Part shown: positions 31,994 to 38,245 of the stretch, piece by piece
Position numbering within the stretch: position 1 is the first letter of the stretch
How the letters are laid out: every line of letters begins with the position of its first letter
IMG/VR virus record: IMGVR_UViG_3300027828_000016
Length of the DNA: 38,245 nucleotides
Origin: a virus
Strand: one strand, 5' to 3'
The notes under the pieces: model-generated
The model's database searches: none
What the model saw: only the letters and a program-made list of their open reading frames with translations
What the model was told of the DNA's origin: nothing
Made by a program: the position numbers and the translations under genes

Positions 31994-32553
31994 TAACCGA
32001 CCTCCTCCTCATAAAAATAAACCCAGAGAGAAGCCCCGAGAGCAACGTCGCCACTCAAGTTGGTAATTCTGAAAATGTAGGTTGTGTCCTGCTTCAAAAC
32101 AATTTCAAGAGATGTATCTCTGCCGGTTCCGGCATTGCGCCCACCGTTTCCATTCCCGCCGCCAAAGAAATACGCGTCTACGACTGTCCCGCCGCTTATG
32201 CCGGTTGGGTTCGTCTTAACAACCGACTCAGCCGTGTTAGAAGATGGCCTAAGCCTATTAATTGGAACAAATGGCGTAACCCCAGTAGTAACAGTCGGAG
32301 CCTCAATGATCTCAAGAAGCCAAGGGGTCCTGTCTGCAAAAGCTTCGAATCTCTTCATGTGAACCCAGCAATCTGAACCGGTGATAAGCTCCAGAGCCAA
32401 AGAACCGTTATCTGCTATTCCCTCGGCGTAATTCCAAGCCGCATATGCAACGCCATCATGGACCTGCATATGGTCGTCATTCATACTGACACCAAGGCCA
32501 GTAAGGCGATCCTGCTTCAATTGGGCCGCAGGCTTATCAAACGAATTAACCAT
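31993..32553 (-). CDS. Hypothetical beta-rich protein (186 aa)
   Basis: Gly/Asn-rich loop GGGNGNGGRNAGTGR and beta-strand-like C-terminus TTYIFRITNLSGDVALGASLWVYFY. Confidence 0.6.
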   Translation of the reverse strand: MVNSFDKPAAQLKQDRLTGLGVSMNDDHMQVHDGVAYAAWNYAEGIADNGSLALELITGSDCWVHMKRFEAFADRTPWLLEIIEAPTVTTGVTPFVPINRLRPSSNTAESVVKTNPTGISGGTVVDAYFFGGGNGNGGRNAGTGRDTSLEIVLKQDTTYIFRITNLSGDVALGASLWVYFYEEEVG

Positions 32554-32555
32554 AT

Positions 32556-33083
32556 TTACACATCCACCTTGACCATGCCGACGCGCGAATAATGCGTGTT
32601 CACATAGCTAGTCATTTTATCGTTTATTTTTACGCAATATGAATACCCAGGATTCAAGACAATAGGGGCTCCGTCGCGGATAAAATCATATACAAACGTC
32701 AAGCTCTGATTGTCGTTTTTCAGGGTCAGCGGAAGAACGTCAAAACTATAAGCGCCCCAGTTGCTGTTGTCCTTGATCGGGAGTTGGAAAAGGGCGTTCC
32801 GCGTCACATCCCCATCCTTGTTCTTCTCATAGATACTCAAGCCATTAGGGAGGGCGGTGGCAGCAGCGCCATAACCAATATCAAGTTTTCCGGTCACAGC
32901 ATAGTTGATCGTGAGAGAATTTACCACATAGGCGTATCCAGCTGGGGCAGTAACACAAAATTCGACAGGCGTAATACTGCCGTCAACAGCCTGCTCAACT
33001 GTCCCGGAACCATCTCCAACCGTGTCCATGAAGCGGGAAAAATATACACCGCGCCGGTTTAATTCGTCGTATTTGTATCTCAC
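32556..33083 (-). CDS. Hypothetical beta-rich protein (175 aa)
   Basis: GTG start in a GTGA overlap with the upstream stop; alternating-pattern, beta-like sequence. Confidence 0.6.
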   Translation of the reverse strand: MRYKYDELNRRGVYFSRFMDTVGDGSGTVEQAVDGSITPVEFCVTAPAGYAYVVNSLTINYAVTGKLDIGYGAAATALPNGLSIYEKNKDGDVTRNALFQLPIKDNSNWGAYSFDVLPLTLKNDNQSLTFVYDFIRDGAPIVLNPGYSYCVKINDKMTSYVNTHYSRVGMVKVDV

Positions 33084-33394
33084 TTGTTGAACGTCCTCTC
33101 GGCTAGCATGCTAACAAGATTCTTTGTAGACTGGTCGGCCCCATACTTTTCACAATGATAAAAGCCACAGATAGGAACACATCCGCAGTCATCAATAATA
33201 TGTTGAATGGCTATTTTCTTAGCGGCATCGCCCCACTTTTTGAAAACAAAATCAACACCAGAAGCATTGTGTCTTACGTCCCGATGGAAGACGTTGTGGA
33301 AGTCTTCAAAACAAGCGTCAAGCCACTTGTGGACATGCAAGCATTCGTCCCCGTACTCTTGGCGGCTCCTGTTGGCGTGTTCTGATACGTGCAT
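33080..33394 (-). CDS. Hypothetical His/Cys-rich protein (104 aa)
   Basis: ORF track; operon packing. Confidence 0.55.
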   Translation of the reverse strand: MHVSEHANRSRQEYGDECLHVHKWLDACFEDFHNVFHRDVRHNASGVDFVFKKWGDAAKKIAIQHIIDDCGCVPICGFYHCEKYGADQSTKNLVSMLAERTFNK

Positions 33395-33446
33395 TCGGTT
33401 ACCCTACTTAAATCCTTCGTTTTCATATCGCAGGTGGCGAACTCAG

Positions 33447-33671
33447 TTATAAAAGATGGGTGGACATTAAGCCAGAGTCGTGTGACATCGAACCTGGAAA
33501 AAAGGCCTTGGCGCAAACCTCAAGTGATTCAGCCATATTGCTAGATCCAATATCCTCAAGGTGAGAATGTAACACACGAAGCTGCTCTAAAAATAACCGA
33601 CAGCTAGGCCCTGAAAAGGAACAATACGCCTCGCCTGTGGATTCGATGAAATGTGTGGGAATTTCTGACAT
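33447..33671 (-). CDS. Hypothetical protein (74 aa)
   Basis: ATG 33671 preceded by AAAAGG. Confidence 0.5.
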   Translation of the reverse strand: MSEIPTHFIESTGEAYCSFSGPSCRLFLEQLRVLHSHLEDIGSSNMAESLEVCAKAFFPGSMSHDSGLMSTHLL

Positions 33672-33775
33672 GGGGGCCTTTTATTTTTTTACCCGAATAA
33701 AATGGGGGGTGTATAAAAAATGCCATCCGGGCGCCAGGAGTCCCCCCTCCCCTCCCCCCTTGTCCTGAGCAGTCA

Positions 33776-33850
33776 TCAGGCTCGGCGGCCGATCAGGATG
33801 CCAAGGATCATCGCCACTCCGACAACCAGGAACAATATTGTTGGGTCCAT
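33776..33850 (-). CDS. Possible 24-aa transmembrane peptide (not in the ORF track)
   Basis: My hand translation gives MDPTILFLVVGVAMILGILIGRRA, with SD GGGAAGGA 9 nt upstream. It competes with track ORF 33681..33890 in another frame. Confidence 0.35.
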   Translation of the reverse strand: MDPTILFLVVGVAMILGILIGRRA

Positions 33851-34045
33851 ACTCGTCAGTCCTTCCCAGCGTGTTACCGCTGATAATCAAAGTTTACACA
33901 ATCACCATTACGGGACAACGCCATGTTGCTTAATCCATCGTAATTACTAACAATTCACGATATGCCAAATATTATCCATTCTCAACTAGGCGTTTGTGCT
34001 ACCGCAGTTACACGTTAACGCCAATAAGTATGCACTGACAGTATA

Positions 34046-34480
34046 CTAAATGCCGTCCTTCTCGTTCGCCAAATTCATGGCCGACTGTAGCAGGGTCTGC
34101 ACGTTTTCGGTGGATTTCCCCTCGGCTAGGCGGGACTTGTCAAACATGATGCCGTGCATGCCAACCAGCTGATACGCCGATGAGTCTTGAAGCTTTTGGT
34201 CAGTGATGCTGGTTAAGATGCGGCTCTTCAAAGCTGCAATCAGGTCAGCCTCATTATCTTTGTAAACCTTGACGTCTAGCGCATCTGGGCACCACTTCTT
34301 AATTTTCTGGTATACTGCGGATTTTGATACGTCGAACTGGTTCCCGATCTCCTCAAGAGTCAAGCCTCTAAGCCTCATCTGCACGGCCTTTGCAATGTCG
34401 ATTTTCGAGTTGCTGGCCGGTTTTGGCTCGTTAAGCGTGACGGTAATCTGTTTCGGAGTTGTTTTTTTAGGCAGTCCCAT
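34046..34480 (-). CDS. HTH-domain protein (144 aa): transcription regulator or small-terminase-like
   Basis: IDIAKAVQMRLRGLTLEEIGNQFDVSKSAVYQKIKKW helix-turn-helix. The C-terminal MFDKSRLAEGKSTENV reminds me of TerS oligomerisation regions. Confidence 0.6.
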   Translation of the reverse strand: MGLPKKTTPKQITVTLNEPKPASNSKIDIAKAVQMRLRGLTLEEIGNQFDVSKSAVYQKIKKWCPDALDVKVYKDNEADLIAALKSRILTSITDQKLQDSSAYQLVGMHGIMFDKSRLAEGKSTENVQTLLQSAMNLANEKDGI

Positions 34481-34508
34481 GGCGTGTAGAGTGTATTTAT
34501 TGGTTAGG

Positions 34509-34523
34509 GTGTCAATCTGACAC
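34509..34523. promoter_or_regulatory. Inverted repeat GTGTCA-atc-TGACAC (site 1 of 3)
   Basis: Perfect 6+3+6 palindrome in the 42-bp gap between the two HTH genes; shares a roughly 25-bp extended match with site 2. Confidence 0.6.
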
Positions 34524-34957
34524 TACTGGATATCCTCTTTCGACAACCCAGTAGATTCAAGCAACTCTAGTTTCCGTTGGGCATATAGTTTGTCGTTCCA
34601 CTCTGGGTGATCTAAAACGTCTGCCCTGTTATATATTGGTTTGGGTGTCAGCCTGACACCGGTATGCTTGTGGTGTCTCTGTGACACTACCCCGTCGATG
34701 ATTGTATAGTGGTTTGCTTTCCCGAGTTCCTTACGAGAATCAAGTAGCCCCTTATCTCTCAAGGACTTGGCTGTGCGGATAACGGTTGATCTCGAAAGAG
34801 ACATCAGCCTTGACAAGGTGTCATATGATGGGAAACAAAGGGCTGTCTGATTATTCCGAAATTGCAAAAGCGTTATGAGAAAGAATTTCTCGTTTGCACT
34901 GAGTCCCTCTTGCCCATAGACCCAGTCTTTGAGACGAGCATTGTCTGTCCTTCCCAT
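34523..34957 (-). CDS. Winged-HTH protein (HTH_36 / replication-organiser-like), 144 aa
   Basis: LSANEKFFLITLLQFRNNQTALCFPSYDTLSRLMSLSRSTVIRTAKSLRDKGLL pattern; AAGGGG SD. Confidence 0.65.
   Translation of the reverse strand: MGRTDNARLKDWVYGQEGLSANEKFFLITLLQFRNNQTALCFPSYDTLSRLMSLSRSTVIRTAKSLRDKGLLDSRKELGKANHYTIIDGVVSQRHHKHTGVRLTPKPIYNRADVLDHPEWNDKLYAQRKLELLESTGLSKEDIQ
34644..34660. promoter_or_regulatory. Inverted repeat GGTGTCA-gcc-TGACACC (site 2 of 3)
   Basis: Perfect 7+3+7 palindrome inside the wHTH gene. The preceding ATTGGTTtGG matches the ATTGGTTaGG that precedes site 1. Confidence 0.6.
34673..34687. promoter_or_regulatory. Inverted repeat GTGTC-tctgt-GACAC (site 3 of 3)
   Basis: 5+5+5 palindrome 28 bp from the centre of site 2. 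Followed by TAC, as in site 1 (GACACTAC). Confidence 0.45.
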
Positions 34958-35070
34958 GTTCGCCCCTTAAACACATACACCGGTTGTCGCGTTGAACAAC
35001 AGTCGCCACCGTTCAGTGTTCCCGGCGATGGAACTGGAGCAATCAGACTTGTCTGCGTTGCGTCCTAAAT

Positions 35071-35146
35071 TGGAGCCAGCGGGACGACTTGAACGCCCTG
35101 CCTGGTGGTTACAAAGCACCGGCTCTACCTGATGAGCTACACTGGC
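35071..35146 (-). tRNA. tRNA-Thr (anticodon UGU), CCA encoded
   Basis: Hand-folded 76-nt cloverleaf: GCCAGTG/CGCTGGC acceptor, U8, GCTC-ATCAGGTA-GAGC D arm, anticodon loop TTTGTAA, GGGCG-TTCAAGT-CGTCC T arm, U73, CCA. The one weak point is a C31-C39 mismatch. Confidence 0.85.
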
Positions 35147-35201
35147 AAAAAAATAACCAACCCAGCCCTTACGAATTACGGGCCCATGTCCCGGCCGGGT
35201 T
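35147..35201 (-). terminator. Rho-independent terminator candidate after the lysis-cassette genes, abutting the tRNA 5' end
   Basis: Minus strand reads CCAACCC...(inner GGCCC/GGGCT hairpin)...GGGTTGG followed by TTATTTTTTT; starts 10 nt after the stop of gene 35211..35474. Confidence 0.5.
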
Positions 35202-35210
35202 GGTGTTGTG

Positions 35211-35474
35211 TTAAAACGAAAACTCATCAAGCCTTGTGATAAGCCTATTATTGTGTTTGATTCGGTCCTCCATGATTTCGGAGTCTGCCGAGACCTCAGC
35301 AACAAGCTCAGCGTTCTCTTCAATCTTTTCGACCATCAACTCATTTGCGTCAGCCAAGCGGTTAGAGGCATCATTAAACATGCTCACAGCGTCGGTTGAC
35401 ATCTTCTCAGCTTTTTCCATACGCCCCAAGCGCATACCGAACAAACCACAAAGCCACTCAGTAAAAAAGTTCAT
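35211..35474 (-). CDS. Hypothetical coiled-coil protein (87 aa), lysis-cassette associated
   Basis: AAGGAGAG SD; hydrophobic N-terminus followed by a helical acidic region. Confidence 0.6.
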   Translation of the reverse strand: MNFFTEWLCGLFGMRLGRMEKAEKMSTDAVSMFNDASNRLADANELMVEKIEENAELVAEVSADSEIMEDRIKHNNRLITRLDEFSF

Positions 35475-35564
35475 CTTGCTCTCCTTGCTTTAATGAACGT
35501 TGATAAATTTAAGCTCGCCCTTCAACAGGGTAAACCTCAAACCAAAAATTTCTTACGATGAACA

Positions 35565-35795
35565 TCACTTCAGCGCTCCCTTAATCCATTTGACGTCTGT
35601 TTCGATCCTTGTCACCGCTTCCATCATGTGCTCGTATCTGGCCTGCTCAGCCTCTACGGAAAGCATCCTCGCCGACAAATCAGACGCCCACCAAATAGAC
35701 CCGGCGAATTGTAAAAGGAATACGAGGACGACCGCCGTTGATATCTTGCGGTCTAACTGCCAGCATGAGCGTGTGTGTTCATTTGGTTTGGTCAT
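35565..35795 (-). CDS. Membrane-anchored coiled-coil protein (76 aa), spanin-like or holin accessory
   Basis: One predicted TM segment (STAVVLVFLLQFAGSIWWA) followed by a helical region; directly downstream of the holin. Confidence 0.5.
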   Translation of the reverse strand: MTKPNEHTRSCWQLDRKISTAVVLVFLLQFAGSIWWASDLSARMLSVEAEQARYEHMMEAVTRIETDVKWIKGALK

Positions 35796-35799
35796 ATAG

Positions 35800-36243
35800 T
35801 TATTTGATGGAGTTTGTTGCTACACCCTTGCCCCTCTCATAAGAGCGGGAAGCACCAAGGCCGAGCATGCCTGTAACCAGCGTCACGATAACGCCAAGGC
35901 TCAATTCTGGGGGGTATGTTGCGGTTGATGGGATAACTTCGAACGCGATAAGCAAAGACCAGCTCCAAGTAAGTAGAGGATAAACCAAAAATTGATATGC
36001 AAGTCCAGCCCCGCAAACCCAGCCGATAAAAGGTCTCCACCCGGCAACAAAAATAGACTTGTGGTTTGCTTCTGCCTTATTTACTTCAAGCTGCCCAACT
36101 ATAACCTGTATGTGGGCTGTCAACTCGGCCATGAACTGATTATACTTACGCTTCTCTGTCTCATCAGCGTCCGGCCAGATCTTGTCGATTATAGTAGTGC
36201 CGACACTCGCTATGCTACTTATGGCATCATCGAACCCGAACAT
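35800..36243 (-). CDS. Holin, 3-TM family (GTA-type holin of 3 TMs)
   Basis: SIFVAGWRPFIGWVCGAGLAYQFLVYPLL motif plus two further hydrophobic segments. Confidence 0.7.
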   Translation of the reverse strand: MFGFDDAISSIASVGTTIIDKIWPDADETEKRKYNQFMAELTAHIQVIVGQLEVNKAEANHKSIFVAGWRPFIGWVCGAGLAYQFLVYPLLTWSWSLLIAFEVIPSTATYPPELSLGVIVTLVTGMLGLGASRSYERGKGVATNSIK

Positions 36244-36404
36244 TACGACAGCCCCAATTTCTCACGCCACGGTTTGCGCACCCAGCCCCAAAACCTTGAC
36301 CACTCAAAAGCCAAAGACTTGGCCCTCTTGTCAGAAAGACCAAGCCATTTGAGGCGGCAGTAGACGTGCAACGGGTTGCAGTGGTGTTGTAAAAAGGGAT
36401 GCAT
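36243..36404 (-). CDS. Possible 53-aa protein (not in the ORF track)
   Basis: My hand translation gives MHPFLQHHCNPLHVYCRLKWLGLSDKRAKSLAFEWSRFWGWVRKPWREKLGLS. TGATG overlap upstream and TAATG overlap with the holin start. Confidence 0.45.
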   Translation of the reverse strand: MHPFLQHHCNPLHVYCRLKWLGLSDKRAKSLAFEWSRFWGWVRKPWREKLGLS

Positions 36405-36562
36405 CACGGAACTTCCGTCACGTTGTAGCCGTGGCAGTCATCGCCAAGCCCATGGTCGCGAAGTTCGTCTTCGTCAAACCACTCACGAGCGGCGGCTGAA
36501 TTAAACCCGCGATCCGGGTCAAGCGCCTCATCAAGAGGGACATTAAACAGTTCGTCATTCAT
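36404..36562 (-). CDS. Possible 52-aa acidic protein (not in the ORF track)
   Basis: ATG 36562 lies 5 nt after AGGA. My hand translation gives MNDELFNVPLDEALDPDRGFNSAAAREWFDEDELRDHGLGDDCHGYNVTEVP. Confidence 0.45.
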   Translation of the reverse strand: MNDELFNVPLDEALDPDRGFNSAAAREWFDEDELRDHGLGDDCHGYNVTEVP

Positions 36563-36617
36563 AATAATCCTGTTATAGCCTAGTTCAGTGAACCAGGTTA
36601 GACAAAAAACGTCACCA

Positions 36618-36830
36618 TTATTGCTTCACAACCCGACAAACCCAACTTTTTGAACAACCAACCCGCTCAGCTATTAAATCAATTGTAGACCCAGCGCCCC
36701 ACATCGATAAAATTTTTCCTCTTGTTGACGCCTTGTTCACCGGGATATACACGGTATCGCCTCCAAGCTCGTCGCATATCTTTTTTGCCACATCATGTCC
36801 AAATGAGTCTTCTAATTCTGTAAATTTCAT
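36618..36830 (-). CDS. Mor-family-like transcription activator (70 aa)
   Basis: ELGGDTVYIPVNK ... ILSMWGAGSTIDLIAERVGCSKSWVCRVV matches the Mor/C pattern (GG..iYIP followed by a C-terminal HTH). Confidence 0.55.
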   Translation of the reverse strand: MKFTELEDSFGHDVAKKICDELGGDTVYIPVNKASTRGKILSMWGAGSTIDLIAERVGCSKSWVCRVVKQ

Positions 36831-36835
36831 TTTTT

Positions 36836-37114
36836 TTAAACCTCCTCGGCTTGCTTGTAGAGGGCGGCGGCTTTTGTTCTGAGTCTTAAGGCCACTTTAT
36901 TATAGCGATATTTTACATCTTCATCTAACGCGACGCTTGCCACACACTGCCACGTGTAAAATATACACTTATCAAAGCATTTGTACGCCTTATCAAGCAA
37001 TAACACGCGCTTGGCTTGCTTCTGTATCGGGTGGTCACCTTCTGGGTAGTGTTCGCAATACCACTCATCAGGATCATTAACGTGGTACTCAGCCTCGTCC
37101 CTGATCTTACTCAT
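36836..37114 (-). CDS. Hypothetical protein (92 aa)
   Basis: GGAGG/AAGGAG upstream of ATG 37114. Confidence 0.6.
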   Translation of the reverse strand: MSKIRDEAEYHVNDPDEWYCEHYPEGDHPIQKQAKRVLLLDKAYKCFDKCIFYTWQCVASVALDEDVKYRYNKVALRLRTKAAALYKQAEEV

Positions 37115-37433
37115 CTCCTTGTGCCTCCTTGTATTCCTTGTACTCGGCTAGCACCTTGCCTATCGAGCATTCATCGCTGTGACCGTCACTTGCGTCACAA
37201 AGGCACTCAGAGCAATATGGATCACCCCATACACCGTCATTATTAAATTCAAGTGATTTCAAATTGTCAGCCAGCCTATCGCACAACCCCTCAAGCTTGG
37301 TGTAATCGTCATGGGTGAATGGAACATAAAAGTACTTACATTCCTCTCTCCCGACCTTTGGGCAAATAGAACACCTGTTAGCAAAGCAATCTACAACATT
37401 CATTTCATCGTAGTGACACATACGCTTAATCAT
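37107..37433 (-). CDS. Hypothetical Cys-rich protein (108 aa)
   Basis: Overlapping start and stop with neighbouring genes; about 10 Cys residues. Confidence 0.6.
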   Translation of the reverse strand: MIKRMCHYDEMNVVDCFANRCSICPKVGREECKYFYVPFTHDDYTKLEGLCDRLADNLKSLEFNNDGVWGDPYCSECLCDASDGHSDECSIGKVLAEYKEYKEAQGDE

Positions 37434-37644
37434 CGTTCACCTCAACCAACTTAAACTCTTTCCGACATTCATCGCACACTAGCCGTTTAACGCACTCAAC
37501 AGTTCCGTTAGGAAGACCCACACCACCAGCCTCACGAATGATATCTCCGCCGCAACTTGGACACTTTGAGACGAACGTTCCTGCTAGTACCGGATCAGGT
37601 CCACCACTACCACCTTCGTTTGTGTATATGATTGTATAATCCAC
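37426..37644 (-). CDS. Zinc-ribbon protein (72 aa)
   Basis: CPSCGG ... CDEC pairs; GTG start overlapping the upstream stop. Confidence 0.55.
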   Translation of the reverse strand: MDYTIIYTNEGGSGGPDPVLAGTFVSKCPSCGGDIIREAGGVGLPNGTVECVKRLVCDECRKEFKLVEVNDD

Positions 37645-38245
37645 TACTTCTCCTCCTCCTCAGCGTGTGGGCAACCGGGCATGCCGTAGGTGGGATAGAA
37701 CGAACGACAAGAATAGCAAACCGAAGCCGCCTGTACTTTATCGTAATGCTCGCACCACTCGCCGCATTCCTTGGGCTTATCCCACGCATCCATACAATGC
37801 TTGTACATGTAGTTCATTGTAACATTGCTAATACGTGCATCGTTATCTGCCTTATCAATAACTCGGTCCCAAAAATCTTGAAAAGTCTCGGCTGGCTTGG
37901 AGTTGTTGACCGAATCGCGTAAATCAGCACAGGAGCAACCGAGCGAAGTAATCGGGCAACCTTTCTGTTCCCATTCGTAGACGACTTCCTTCGCCGCCTC
38001 GTACAGCCCCGCGTCCACGATAGCAGGCTTCTCCACCTCAGCTCGCAGGTCCGCACTCATGGTGTTAAACGGCGGCATACATCGTGCCTGACTGTTGTCG
38101 ATGTAGTCACACAGGGCCAAAGCGGCCTTGCGGAGGCTGGCATCGGCGGTGGGCTTGGTGCCAGTGGAGTGGTCTTCGACCTTGTGCCACCAGTAGCCGT
38201 TCCAGAATTCATATTCATGAGAATCAACTTCAAACAATTCACAAA
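37644..38245 (-). CDS. 3' part of the wrap-around gene (same gene as 1..629)
   Basis: The track ORF 37644..38237 begins at a TTG only because the window ends. The frame stays open to 38245 and continues at nt 128 of the start copy. Confidence 0.75.
   Translation of the reverse strand, partial: CELFEVDSHEYEFWNGYWWHKVEDHSTGTKPTADASLRKAALALCDYIDNSQARCMPPFNTMSADLRAEVEKPAIVDAGLYEAAKEVVYEWEQKGCPITSLGCSCADLRDSVNNSKPAETFQDFWDRVIDKADNDARISNVTMNYMYKHCMDAWDKPKECGEWCEHYDKVQAASVCYSCRSFYPTYGMPGCPHAEEEEK
38119..38245. repeat. Terminal overlap copy 2 (identical to nt 1-127)
   Basis: See copy 1. Confidence 0.95.

Noticed and set aside
33681-33890. 69-aa minus ORF, and 33720..33950 (+)
   Set aside because: Their translations are dominated by the poly-G/poly-C tract (GGGEGG and PLPSPL). 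They have no SD. The short membrane-peptide frame with a good SD is the better, though still weak, candidate.
34967-35323. 118-aa minus-strand ORF
   Set aside because: It runs straight through the well-folded tRNA-Thr and the terminator hairpin. Its composition is Arg/Ser-rich and non-protein-like.
1-38245. Stop-codon recoding (TAG reassignment), suggested by the CUA-loop tRNA-like element
   Set aside because: All large genes (terminase, portal, capsid, fibre, replication genes) are intact and contiguous under the standard code. TAG is used as a normal stop by several well-supported genes (for example terL, the 34523 gene and 9687..10232). There is no sign of in-frame TAG interruption.

Overview
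The window is a complete, circularly closed tailed-phage genome. Nt 1-127 are identical to nt 38119-38245, so the unique length is 38,118 bp. One gene (minus strand, 629->1 joined to 38118->37644) crosses the artificial junction.

Roughly three quarters of the genome runs in one minus-strand direction:
- (i) Recombination/replication block, 7131->626: ERF annealase, YqaJ-type exonuclease, SSB, ERCC4 nuclease, DnaD/O-like initiator, DnaB-like P-loop ATPase, HTH-metallophosphoesterase, DUF5664-like nucleotide pyrophosphohydrolase and a GH24 lysozyme.
- (ii) Across the junction: small Cys-rich proteins, a Mor-like activator, a 3-TM holin cassette, a terminator and a canonical tRNA-Thr(UGU).
- (iii) Two HTH proteins, two beta-rich proteins and the terminase.
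- (iv) Structural module, 29148->15212: portal, scaffold, major capsid, decoration, adaptor, tail/internal virion proteins and tail fibre. There are no tape-measure or tail-tube genes, so the layout is podovirus-like.

A 7 kb plus-strand block (7939-14970) holds about 20 small, mostly Cys-rich ORFs plus ASCH, DUF4326, PAPS-reductase-like and HNH genes. I saw no integrase, lysogeny module, CRISPR array, rRNA or transposase.

Most worth a second look:
- (a) A two-gene insert on the opposite strand between terL and portal (29231-29792). Its second gene encodes a 62-aa peptide that is a perfect (Ser/Tyr/Asp)-Gly dipeptide repeat x29.
- (b) An 800-bp non-coding, hairpin-dense region (7132-7938). 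It contains a 136-nt tRNA-like element with a canonical T arm, an encoded CCA and a CUA (amber-reading) anticodon-like loop, bracketed by 14-bp direct repeats.
- (c) Three GTGTC(A)-N3-5-(T)GACAC inverted repeats in and just downstream of a winged-HTH gene.
- (d) A DUF115/Maf-like putative glycosyltransferase embedded in the capsid operon.

All family assignments are from motif recognition by eye. No searches were run.
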